Source: an uncultured Dehalococcoidia bacterium (GTDB lineage: Bacteria > Chloroflexota > Dehalococcoidia > Lucifugimonadales > UBA3495). From it: DNA of 64,000 nt. This document shows positions 42,720 through 51,676 of the stretch, in pieces. The position numbers and the translations under genes were made by a program. The notes under the pieces were generated by a model, which saw only the letters and a program-made list of their open reading frames with translations, did not search any database and was not told the origin of the DNA. Each line of letters begins with the position of its first letter. The first letter of the stretch is position 1. Location of the stretch: contig CATMOE010000010.1 of assembly GCA_950072105.1 (NCBI GenBank), positions 1-64,000 of the forward strand, given 5' to 3'.

Positions 42720-43460
42720 ATGATTCGTGAGTTACAAACAGTTGTGCTTACGCACGATATCAAAGAGTTTGACTTAAAGATGGGCGACATTGGCACCGTA
42801 GTCCATCGGCACGGCGGCGACGAGTTCGAAGTTGAATTTCGTATGACCGGAGGTAGGTCGAAAGCCGTAATTACTCTAACCGGGAATGATTTACTCTCCG
42901 AAAATCTTGGATCTGAAGAGGTGCCTTCTGGAAAATCAACTGAACACCCCTATGACCAGCAGATCCAAGAGGAGATATTGCCGTTTCTTCAAGACACGGC
43001 GTTTAATCATCTTGGGCATCTGAAGCGTGGCCTTCTGAGCACATTCTCGGTGATGTTGGATCAACATTGCTCTATCGATTGCGATGCCACGACACTATCT
43101 CTGGCGCTTCATGGCCATGGTCTAGGATTTGCCAGATTATTCAAGGACCCGAACTTCAGAACCTTGACGACCGTATACTTCAATCTCGCAAACGATAATG
43201 ATTACCTGGAAGCATGTTCGTTCCTCCGATTGTCGCTTCCTTCCGCGGAGCGTTTACAGGCGTTTAGAGAATTGAGCCAAAAAATACCGGAATTAGTATC
43301 TTCCAGGTATCCGGGTGGGCGGACACCACCTTTGAACATGGAATCGATGTTGTTCAGTAAGCTCTTTGAGATGTTGCTGTGCTACTCTCATGCAATCGCT
43401 GGCTTCAGTAACGCTATATACCGGTCCAACTTGATACTTGAAGAGGAACTACTTTCTTAA
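42720..43460 (+). CDS. DUF4926 N-terminal domain fused to an unknown helical domain
   Basis: MIRELQTVVLTHDI...GDIGTVVH..FEVEF parallels 42184-42414; AT-richer. Confidence 0.75.
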   Translation: MIRELQTVVLTHDIKEFDLKMGDIGTVVHRHGGDEFEVEFRMTGGRSKAVITLTGNDLLSENLGSEEVPSGKSTEHPYDQQIQEEILPFLQDTAFNHLGHLKRGLLSTFSVMLDQHCSIDCDATTLSLALHGHGLGFARLFKDPNFRTLTTVYFNLANDNDYLEACSFLRLSLPSAERLQAFRELSQKIPELVSSRYPGGRTPPLNMESMLFSKLFEMLLCYSHAIAGFSNAIYRSNLILEEELLS

Positions 43461-43602
43461 AGTGCGGCACTACATAATGGGCGGTTCGGTGTACCACCCT
43501 AAGTACGCGATATTCCAATCAACACACGTAATGTCAGGCGTCTCTAGTGGCTAAAATGAGAAACTTTAAATCCGTCCATGTGCTAAATCGAGGAAACCGC
43601 CC

Positions 43603-45468
43603 ATGTACGTAATCGGTACCGCGGGCCACGTGGACCACGGCAAGTCCACCTTGGTCAAAGCCCTGACCAACATAGACCCCGACCGGCTCAAAGAGGAAAA
43701 AGAGCGGGAGATGACCATTGACCTGGGCTTTGCCTGGCTGACCTTGCCCAGCGGACGGGAAATCTCCATCGTCGATGTGCCCGGACACGAGCGGTTCATC
43801 AAGAACATGCTGGCCGGCGTCGGCGGAGTTGACCTAGCCATGCTGATCGTCGCGGCCGACGAAAGCGTCATGCCCCAGACCCGGGAACACCTGGCTATCC
43901 TCGATATCCTCCAGATCCGCAAAGGGATAGTCGTCATCACCAAGACGGACACGGTTGACGAGGAACTGGTGGAGTTGGTCAAGGCCGAAGTGGAAGATTT
44001 CCTGGAAGGGACGTCCTTCCAGGGATGCCCCACGGTGGGCGTTTCCGCCTACACCGGCGACGGCCTTGACGAGCTCAAGTCCGTCCTAGATCAGGTGCTA
44101 GATAACACAGAGTCTCGGCGGGACCTGGGACGGCCCAGGCTGCCCGTGGACCGTAGTTTTACCATCTCTGGGTTCGGGACCGTGGTCACCGGAACGCTTA
44201 TCGACGGTGCTCTTACCGTGGGCCAGGAGGTGGAGCTGGCCAATTCGGGCCGCCACGCCCGGATCCGCGGTCTCCAAAGCCACCAATCCAAAGTGGACCA
44301 AGCCCAACCCGGCGTTCGTTTAGCGGTAAATCTATCGGGCCTGTCCCGCAACGACGTGCCGCGGGGCGAAGTGCTTACTTCCGCCGGTTGGCTGCGCCGG
44401 ACCAATCGATTGGACGCCAGGGTCAGGATGGTCAAAGGCGCGCCCCACTCCCTTCGTCACAACGAGGGCGTCACATTCCATCTATTTACCAGCGAGACCA
44501 CCGCTCGCGTCAGGCTTCTGGACGCCGACCGCTTGGCCGCTGGGGAAGACGGCTGGGTCCAGATACTCCTCACCGAACCCCTGCCCATGGTCAAGGGCGA
44601 CTTCTTCGTTCTGCGCTCGTCCGAAGACACACTGGGCGGCGGACAAGTGGTGGACCCCAACCCACGCCGCAGGCATCGCCGCTTCGTCGCTGAAGTCGTG
44701 GACCGGTTGATGACGCTGGACCAGGGTTCCGGCGAAGACGTTCTCCTTAGTGTGGCCGACCAGTGGGGCCCCTGCGACACTTCGGTTCTGTCCCAGCGCT
44801 CCAATCTTCCCGTTTCCGAAGTTCTAGAGCGCATCGAAGCGCTGGAGTCTCAGGGCGACGTGGTAGTCCTGGGCGAATTGGGAACCGACAGCGGCGCCGT
44901 CGTTTACTCCACTCAAGGATGGAGCGCCATGACCGGCAAGCTTTTCCAGGCATTGCGCGCGTACCACGACCAATATCCTCTGCGCCGGGGGGCTCCCTCC
45001 CAAGAGATCCGCAGCCGGTTGGGTCTCTCTCAGCCCATTTTCCTTAGGGCGCAAGCCCGGTTGACTGACCAAGAGTACTTAGTAGAAGAGGGGACGCATC
45101 TACGCCTTCCCGACCATCAAGTTGCCATGACTCCGGAGATGGAGGAAAAGGTTTCGGCATACATCAAAGCGTTGGAGCAAGACCCCTACTCTCCGCCCAG
45201 CGACCGGCCTTTGGACCCCGAGTTGCTGGGCGTTCTGGCGGAAGAGGGCAAGGTTGTACGGGTGAACGATACGATAGTGTTCGCCGCTTCTGCTTACCAA
45301 GAAATGACCGATCGCATCACCGAACACCTGAAGTCCAACGGCAGCATTACGGTGGCCGAAGCCAGGACCATGTTCGACACCAGCCGCAAGTACATTCTTC
45401 CCCTTTTAGAGTATTTGGATCAACAGCGCGTTACTCGCCGGGTTGGCGACGAACGGGTGCTGCGGTAA
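43603..45468 (+). CDS. selB: Selenocysteine-specific elongation factor
   Basis: [28 protein letters not shown]-terminal winged helices with [13 protein letters not shown]. Confidence 0.97.
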   Translation: MYVIGTAGHVDHGKSTLVKALTNIDPDRLKEEKEREMTIDLGFAWLTLPSGREISIVDVPGHERFIKNMLAGVGGVDLAMLIVAADESVMPQTREHLAILDILQIRKGIVVITKTDTVDEELVELVKAEVEDFLEGTSFQGCPTVGVSAYTGDGLDELKSVLDQVLDNTESRRDLGRPRLPVDRSFTISGFGTVVTGTLIDGALTVGQEVELANSGRHARIRGLQSHQSKVDQAQPGVRLAVNLSGLSRNDVPRGEVLTSAGWLRRTNRLDARVRMVKGAPHSLRHNEGVTFHLFTSETTARVRLLDADRLAAGEDGWVQILLTEPLPMVKGDFFVLRSSEDTLGGGQVVDPNPRRRHRRFVAEVVDRLMTLDQGSGEDVLLSVADQWGPCDTSVLSQRSNLPVSEVLERIEALESQGDVVVLGELGTDSGAVVYSTQGWSAMTGKLFQALRAYHDQYPLRRGAPSQEIRSRLGLSQPIFLRAQARLTDQEYLVEEGTHLRLPDHQVAMTPEMEEKVSAYIKALEQDPYSPPSDRPLDPELLGVLAEEGKVVRVNDTIVFAASAYQEMTDRITEHLKSNGSITVAEARTMFDTSRKYILPLLEYLDQQRVTRRVGDERVLR

Positions 45469-45474
45469 CCGGCC

Positions 45475-46683
45475 ATGCCCCTAGACCTGGGACAAACAAT
45501 GCTCCAGTTGGACCTGGTGAGCCGGGGTCTGGTTGCCGATAGCGGCCAACGGGAAGCCCGCCTGACGGCCTTTGTCGACGCCGCATCCAAGGTCGACGCC
45601 GCGACGGCCATCGCCAAGACTGGATATGACCCAGAGCGCCCCTTTCTCGCCGCCCAGGTGCTGGACAGTTTGCTGGGCGCCTACGCCCCGGTAGAACCGC
45701 CCATGGACTGGTGCACGGTGGCCGTGGACGGGTCACACATCGACGTGGACCGCCACCTACCCGTGGGCTGCTACCTGATCAACATGGGCGGCTGTTCATT
45801 GACCTACGGCTCTCAGCCTGACGCCAGTTTCTTCAGTCAGCCTAGCCTTTACCACCGGCCGGAAGACTTGTATCTAACCGATCCGTCAAACCCAAACTAT
45901 GAAGAACCGGTGGCCGGTCCCCTGCTAGGTTTGATCCGTACTGTTCAGGAGTTGGAGCGCCTAGCCCAAGCGGTAGCAGACGTCCCAGCCGGTCTGCCCA
46001 CTCTGGCGTTGGTCGACGGCTCCTTGGTCATGTGGGGACTGTCGGGCCGGGGCTATCCTCCGTTCGTCAAAGAAGCCATCATCCAAGAGCGGCTGTTGCC
46101 GGCCCTGAACCAACTGCGGGAAGAGTCCCAACATCGCCCGCTTTGCCTGGCAGCCTACGTTTCCCTGCCCCGCAGCGCCGAGGTAGTAAACGCGGCCCGG
46201 ACCAGTCTGTGCCCTACGGAACTTTCCCAGTGCCGGAGCCGTTGCAACAATCGCCGCAGCATCCAGGCGCCCTGCGACCTATCGAACGATTTCATCGACC
46301 GGGACTTGTTTCAACGAACGCTAGACCCGGGCTGGCGGTCGGCAACCTATTTGACCAACTCCTCGGTACCCAGGGAGAGCTACGGCGAACACCAGATCTG
46401 CTTCTTTTACCTGAACTGCGGCGAGGAGATCGGACGGATCGAGCTGCCCCAGTGGGTCGCCCAAGACGAGAGGTTGCTATCCCTGTGCCACAGCCTGGTG
46501 CTAGACCAGTGCCGGCGCGGCCAGGGCTACCCGGTGGCCATCTCCGAGGCCCATGAGCAAGCGGTAATCAACGGCGCCGACCGCCAATTTTTCAAGCAGA
46601 TGCTAGCGGAAGCCCTGGAACGAGAAGGCTTGCCGGTGTACACATCGGAAAAAGACCGCTCCAAACGCACGCCCTGGCTGTGA
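45475..46683 (+). CDS. nurA: NurA family nuclease
   Basis: VAVDGS, LVDGSL, RIELP, GYPVAISEAHEQA motifs. Confidence 0.88.
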   Translation: MPLDLGQTMLQLDLVSRGLVADSGQREARLTAFVDAASKVDAATAIAKTGYDPERPFLAAQVLDSLLGAYAPVEPPMDWCTVAVDGSHIDVDRHLPVGCYLINMGGCSLTYGSQPDASFFSQPSLYHRPEDLYLTDPSNPNYEEPVAGPLLGLIRTVQELERLAQAVADVPAGLPTLALVDGSLVMWGLSGRGYPPFVKEAIIQERLLPALNQLREESQHRPLCLAAYVSLPRSAEVVNAARTSLCPTELSQCRSRCNNRRSIQAPCDLSNDFIDRDLFQRTLDPGWRSATYLTNSSVPRESYGEHQICFFYLNCGEEIGRIELPQWVAQDERLLSLCHSLVLDQCRRGQGYPVAISEAHEQAVINGADRQFFKQMLAEALEREGLPVYTSEKDRSKRTPWL

Positions 46684-46761
46684 CGCCACGGACTCAAATC
46701 GTTGGCCCTCCAAAGATCAAGCTAATCTTGAATCAACTAAAAATCCCCGGGGAGGCGTTAC

Positions 46762-47736
46762 ATGTTGCGTACCCGTATCTGTGACCTGCTGGGAATAGAG
46801 CACCCCATCATCAGCGCTCCCATGGCGGGCACGGCGACAGCCGAGCTGGCGGCCGCTGTCTCCAACGCCGGTGGCTTTGGGATGATCGGATCGCGCGGGC
46901 AGCCAGACCCCGAGTGGCTGCGAGAGCAGATCTATACCACCAGAGAGCTTACCGACCGGCCTTTTGGCGTGGGGTTCATCTCCTCTGCGCCGGGAATGGA
47001 GAGAGCAGTTGAGGTGGCCATCGAGGAGAAGGTTGCGGCCATCAGCCATTCCTTCGCCGACGTGACTCCCTATGTCGCCGCCGCCCAGGCGGCCGGGATA
47101 AAGGTCCTGGCTCAAGTACAAACGGTGGCCCTCGCGGAAAGCGCAGCCCTCGCCGGGGTTGACGTGATCACGGCCCAGGGCACCGAAGCCGGGGGTCATA
47201 CCGGACACAACAGTACGCTACCCCTGGTCGCGGCAGTTGTCGATATCGCCGGCGGCATCCCAGTACTGGCCTCGGGAGGTATCGGCGATGGTCGCGGCCT
47301 GGCCGCGGTATTGATGTTGGGGGCAGAGGGAGCCTGGATCGGGACCCGGTTCGTCGCCAGCCTTGAGTGGGGCGGTCCCGATTGGGCTCGGCAAAAGGTC
47401 GCTGAAGCATCTACCGACGACACCTTGCTGACCAGGGTCTACGACCTGGCAGGGGCGGCGCCCTTCCCGCCGGAAATTGGTCACCGCGTGCTGCGCAACG
47501 ACTTCACCGATACATGGCACGGGCGCGATCAGGAAATAATCGCCCGTCGGCAAGAGTTACAAGACCAAATTGACGCTGCCGGACGGGCGGGAGATACCCG
47601 CATCGCCTCGGTGAACGCCGGTGGCGCTACCGGACTGATTGACCGGGTTGAGCCGGCAGGAGACATTGTCCGGAGAATCGTGGCCGAGACCGAGGCGATC
47701 TTACGGAGTCGACCCGGACAGGTGCTGGGCGGATAA
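46762..47736 (+). CDS. Nitronate monooxygenase / FabK-like FMN oxidoreductase
   Basis: PIISAPM, QGTEAGGH, ASGGIGDGRG, IGTRF motifs. Confidence 0.92.
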   Translation: MLRTRICDLLGIEHPIISAPMAGTATAELAAAVSNAGGFGMIGSRGQPDPEWLREQIYTTRELTDRPFGVGFISSAPGMERAVEVAIEEKVAAISHSFADVTPYVAAAQAAGIKVLAQVQTVALAESAALAGVDVITAQGTEAGGHTGHNSTLPLVAAVVDIAGGIPVLASGGIGDGRGLAAVLMLGAEGAWIGTRFVASLEWGGPDWARQKVAEASTDDTLLTRVYDLAGAAPFPPEIGHRVLRNDFTDTWHGRDQEIIARRQELQDQIDAAGRAGDTRIASVNAGGATGLIDRVEPAGDIVRRIVAETEAILRSRPGQVLGG

Positions 47737-47755
47737 GACTGCGCAACTCCAAATC

Positions 47756-49027
47756 TCAACGCATGGCACCGGCCTTCTGCGGTTCGCTTTTCGGTAAACT
47801 TTGTTCCGCCGCCAAGTAATCCGTAAACTCCTGGATACTGCCGAAGCTGGCGACCAACTTCAGGAAATCCTCCAATGAATCGCTGCGCCGCCGCAACTCT
47901 TTCAACTGTTCGTTGATGGGGCTTACCGACGCCGGACTGGCGGCGTAGGAGCCGTGAAAAGCGAAGAAGGCTTGGTTGATTTTCCTGATCAATCTGCCAT
48001 TGGCTGCTAGGAACTGGCGGCGTTCCTCCATGTACGCCTCGGCCTCCTCAATCTTGCCTTGGGCCAAAAGCTCCTCGGCCTCCATCCGGGTCTCCCGCAA
48101 CGCCTCGTTGAAATCGAATACCTCTGGTGCCGCTCCCGCCGCTGGACCCGAGTTCCGGTTAACGACTTCACCGGTCATGGCGGTGTAGGCCAGATCGCCG
48201 ATCTCCTCTCCACCCATGGTGGCTGCTGTTTCGTTCAGCGTGGTCATTTCCGAGCTGTCCCAGAAGTGCTGACCCAAAGGTTGGAAGAAAAACCAATGGT
48301 GCAGCCATTCATGGGCGGTGATCACCACGGCGTGGTGGAGACTGCTTGTATCGGACACTACGCTGGGGTAAGTGGCAACCCCTCCCGTGTCCTCCACCAA
48401 CGCCGCCAAGTTTTCTTCCCGCAAAACCAACCCCTCGATTCTGTCCCTCACCTCGTCGCTGATACCGGGCTCTAAAAGGATTGTCTGTTGGCGGTGGATC
48501 CGGTCCCGGGGAGATAGCACTAGAACGGTGGGAGAACTGGAATACACCGTGTCCACCGGAGGAAAAAGAAAGCCGATGCGAGACTTGAAATTTGCCTCGC
48601 CGAGAATGGTGCTTATCTCGGCCTCCACGGCCTCTTCCACTTGGGGCCGCAGGGCCCGGCGCCGTTCTTCAATCTGCTCAATCTCGGCCCTCAGTGACAG
48701 AGTTTCCGCGTCAGAAAGGGGTTCACCGGTAGTGGTTGACGACAACAATCGACGCTCTGCGTCTCTTTGTTGCCGTCCCAACTTAAAAAATTCTTGGGCA
48801 AGCTGGTTCTTAATGCTCCGGCCATTTTCAGACGCCCACGGGAGGAGGAGACCGGCTTGGCGCACCCATTTATCCAGGAAGTTGGACAGTTCCCATTGCA
48901 GCAGGCTGTAATGGTAGGGCGACACCGCCAGGTCCAATGGGGAGGGCCGGAAGTCGCCTCCACCGGCGGCCAGCACCGCCACGGACAAGAAAACAAACAA
49001 GGCAGCGGTGCGGAGGACCTTGGGCAT
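47756..49027 (-). CDS. Secreted HExxH metallopeptidase-like protein
   Basis: Signal peptide; TAHEWLHH followed by NET. Confidence 0.7.
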   Translation of the reverse strand: MPKVLRTAALFVFLSVAVLAAGGGDFRPSPLDLAVSPYHYSLLQWELSNFLDKWVRQAGLLLPWASENGRSIKNQLAQEFFKLGRQQRDAERRLLSSTTTGEPLSDAETLSLRAEIEQIEERRRALRPQVEEAVEAEISTILGEANFKSRIGFLFPPVDTVYSSSPTVLVLSPRDRIHRQQTILLEPGISDEVRDRIEGLVLREENLAALVEDTGGVATYPSVVSDTSSLHHAVVITAHEWLHHWFFFQPLGQHFWDSSEMTTLNETAATMGGEEIGDLAYTAMTGEVVNRNSGPAAGAAPEVFDFNEALRETRMEAEELLAQGKIEEAEAYMEERRQFLAANGRLIRKINQAFFAFHGSYAASPASVSPINEQLKELRRRSDSLEDFLKLVASFGSIQEFTDYLAAEQSLPKSEPQKAGAMR

Positions 49028-49035
49028 GCGAACGA

Positions 49036-50199
49036 TCAGGCGAGGACGCGGTACCGGTAGCTGGAGGTCAGCAGGTCTCCCTCTTCAAAGCGGCTGAACC
49101 TTAAGGGGTTAATGTCGATGGAAGAGGCCCTGCCCTGGGTGATCAACTCGGCCATGGTCAATCCAATCATCGGCGAAAGCTTGAACCCGTGGCCGCTGAA
49201 CCCCACGGCGCAATACAGACCCTCGATACCCGGCACCCGGTCCAAGATGGGGTGCCAGTCCGGCGTCACCGTAAAGAGACCCGACCAGCCACCGCGGAAA
49301 TAGGAGTCGGCCATGGCCGGCATCCGGCGGGCCAGCTTGCCCAACGCCTCGGTCACCTCCGGCATGTCCACGCCTTCGTTGTAGCTGTCCACCTCGACTT
49401 CTTCCTCGCCAAACCCAATAAATGTCATGTTGGAACCGTCAGGACGGAAGGAGAAGGACTGGGCGATGTCTCCGACGATGGGATGATCCGGTATCCGGTC
49501 CAGGGGCCTGGTAAGCGTGGCTACTTGGTGCCGCACGGCGGATAGCGGCAGATCGATCCCCACTTTGGCCATTACCTGACGCGACCAAGGACCGGAAGCC
49601 ACCACCGCCACGTTGGTCTCTCGCCTGCCTTCAGCCGTCAAAACCGCTTGTACCCGGCCGCCGGAAATCTCGATCCTCACGGCGGGGTTGCGCAGTTCGA
49701 TCCGCGCCCCCATGTCTTTGGCTCTGTTGGCGTAAGAGGTGGTTAGCTGGTAGGGGTCGGCGTAACCTGACTCCGGCTCCCAGGCCAGGGCCTCGGACTC
49801 GTCGATCTCCACCATGGGAGCCAGTTCCCGCACCTGGGCGGCATCGACCAAGCCGGTGCTGATGCCCAAGTCTTGCTGCATGGCGATGTTCTTTTCCAAC
49901 CCCGGACGGTCAACGTCCTCGACGATTACCAGGTACCCGGTTTTGACGAAGCCAGAGGTCCCGCCAACCATCTCGCCGAAATTCCTGAAGTACTTCAGGC
50001 TCTCCCAGGCCATGGAGGCGGTCACCGGATTGGAGTAATGCATCCGGCAGATGGCCTGGGAACGGCCCGTGGAACCGGAACCCAGCACGTCTTGTTCCAC
50101 CAGGACGGAGTTGGTTACTCCCAGTTTGGCCAGGTTGTACAGCATGCTGCACCCCATCACCCCGCCGCCGATGATTACTACGTCTGCTGATTGTTGCAT
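49036..50199 (-). CDS. FAD-dependent oxidoreductase (sarcosine oxidase beta / DAO family)
   Basis: IIGGGVMG, GSTGRS, TPDWHP, GFSGHGFK motifs. Confidence 0.92.
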   Translation of the reverse strand: MQQSADVVIIGGGVMGCSMLYNLAKLGVTNSVLVEQDVLGSGSTGRSQAICRMHYSNPVTASMAWESLKYFRNFGEMVGGTSGFVKTGYLVIVEDVDRPGLEKNIAMQQDLGISTGLVDAAQVRELAPMVEIDESEALAWEPESGYADPYQLTTSYANRAKDMGARIELRNPAVRIEISGGRVQAVLTAEGRRETNVAVVASGPWSRQVMAKVGIDLPLSAVRHQVATLTRPLDRIPDHPIVGDIAQSFSFRPDGSNMTFIGFGEEEVEVDSYNEGVDMPEVTEALGKLARRMPAMADSYFRGGWSGLFTVTPDWHPILDRVPGIEGLYCAVGFSGHGFKLSPMIGLTMAELITQGRASSIDINPLRFSRFEEGDLLTSSYRYRVLA

Positions 50200-50252
50200 T
50201 TCTCGCTGTCTCCAACGGGTGCCTTAAAAGTAAACTGGGAATCTTCCTTCTT

Positions 50253-51353
50253 TCAGTCTACCAACAAGGGCAATTGTTCGTCGGGCGGACCGCTGGTGTT
50301 CGCAGCGTCCAAGTCCAATGGATAATATACTCTCGAACGGGTTTTGCCTTCCAGCCTAAATACACCCACATTCACCATCTCGTTCAGATCCCGTGAGGCC
50401 GTAGCCGGGGAAACGCCGGTGATTTCCATGTAATCCGACCGGGTCATCTGCCCGGTCTGGAGTGCGAAGACGTAGGCGTCTACGTGGCGCTGGGGCCAAC
50501 CGCTGGCGGCCCAAGTGTCACGAACTAGCTGCATCATCCGGTGCCATCCCGTCGTCCTTGCCACTAGATCGTCGGAAGCAGTCTTCAGTACCATGATGGA
50601 GAACTCCAGCCAGGGCGTGGCATCATACCCCACGGAGAACTCTTGCCCCAATGACCTACCGATGGCAGAAAAGTAATCGTCTTTGAGGTTCAAGAAAACC
50701 GACTCGGTGGAGATCAACTTCCTGAACCCGTAGGGCGACCGCTGCAGCAGCAGGGTTTCCAGCCCTCGAGCCGTCCTTCCGTTTCCGTCCCAAAAGGGGT
50801 GGATGGCAACCAGATGCAGGTGGGCGATCCCAGCTTTCAGAACAGGGTGCACTCCGTCATCCTCCTTCAGCCATAGGGCGAAGGAACGCATCAACCCGGG
50901 AACGTCCCTCTGGTTCGGTGTTCGGAAATCGCCGACGGAGTTAGGTCCCTTCCGGTACACACCCGGTGTGAGCATTTCCGAGGCAGTCGATATGAAATAT
51001 CGGTTGAGCTGCCGCATCACAAGTTCGTCTACCGGAATATCTCCTTGATCGCTGATGAAGTCGATGAAGTCGTAGGCCTGAATAGCGTTGATGTTGGCCT
51101 GCTCATCCTCGGTAAATTTGCCCGTGAACCCCCCGCCGGCCAGATTCCTTACGGCTGTTTCGTCAAGGGTAGCTCCCTCGATCCTGGTCGTACCGGAGGA
51201 CCGTCGAACTTGGACATCCCGATGAAACCAGGCTTCGTGCTTGGGCATCAACAGCATATTCTCGATCAACCATTGGTTCCGTTCGATTCCATCCAGGCAA
51301 ACCTCGATATTGGGTGTAATGGTATAATTCGGCTGGAAGATACTATCATTCAT
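50253..51353 (-). CDS. Fic family protein with C-terminal HTH
   Basis: Canonical HPFWDGNGRTAR; TASRDLNEMV HTH; start MNDSIF. Confidence 0.93.
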   Translation of the reverse strand: MNDSIFQPNYTITPNIEVCLDGIERNQWLIENMLLMPKHEAWFHRDVQVRRSSGTTRIEGATLDETAVRNLAGGGFTGKFTEDEQANINAIQAYDFIDFISDQGDIPVDELVMRQLNRYFISTASEMLTPGVYRKGPNSVGDFRTPNQRDVPGLMRSFALWLKEDDGVHPVLKAGIAHLHLVAIHPFWDGNGRTARGLETLLLQRSPYGFRKLISTESVFLNLKDDYFSAIGRSLGQEFSVGYDATPWLEFSIMVLKTASDDLVARTTGWHRMMQLVRDTWAASGWPQRHVDAYVFALQTGQMTRSDYMEITGVSPATASRDLNEMVNVGVFRLEGKTRSRVYYPLDLDAANTSGPPDEQLPLLVD

Positions 51354-51408
51354 GGCATAGCAACCTAAGTAATACTCTCTGTTTGATAGATATGATAGTA
51401 TCATTATA
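51338..51408 (-). promoter_or_regulatory. fic promoter with two ATGATA-N-TATCAT operator-like sites
   Basis: Perfect palindrome 51392-51404 overlaps a minus-strand TATAAT; near-copy at 51338-51349. Confidence 0.6.
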
Positions 51409-51480
51409 TAACATTCGGGTCAACCTGCCCTACACAGAACCAACTCCAGCCGTCCCACACGCAGTGACCGGCCACGCCTG

Positions 51481-51510
51481 TTGACAGTTGTTGACGTTCT
51501 CAGGTAGACT
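51481..51510 (+). promoter_or_regulatory. Sigma70 promoter for the leader peptide / sulfite reductase operon
   Basis: TTGACA(51481)-18 nt-TAGACT(51505); ATG begins 8 nt after the -10 box. Confidence 0.75.
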
Positions 51511-51518
51511 TCATTCCA

Positions 51519-51581
51519 ATGAGTCTCGTATCGATTAACTGCTGCATCTGTACCTGTCCCCCCACAGAGGGGGCAGGCTAG
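51519..51581 (+). CDS. Cys-rich leader peptide MSLVSINCCICTCPPTEGAG
   Basis: Four Cys in six codons; probably leaderless; lies inside attenuator hairpins upstream of sulfite reductase. Confidence 0.8.
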   Translation: MSLVSINCCICTCPPTEGAG

Positions 51582-51618
51582 TCGTTCGTCCAACGACATC
51601 GTCTTAATCGACACCTGC

Positions 51619-51655
51619 GCCCACCAAGCACGCCGTTTGGTGGGTTTTTTATTTT
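51619..51655 (+). terminator. Intrinsic terminator within the 5' leader (attenuator)
   Basis: gcccaccaagc-acgcc-gtttggtgggt followed by tttttatttt, about 20 nt before the start codon. Confidence 0.88.
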
Positions 51656-51676
51656 GCCAAATCGTAGGAGGCCACG

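Noticed and set aside
42415..43602. tRNA-Sec (selC) or an integrase beside selB
   Set aside because: No cloverleaf with a TCA anticodon and no recombinase motifs found by eye.
51519..51655. SAM, cobalamin or T-box riboswitch upstream of the reductase
   Set aside because: No conserved core motifs recognised; the Cys leader peptide explains the structure better. An Rfam search would settle it.
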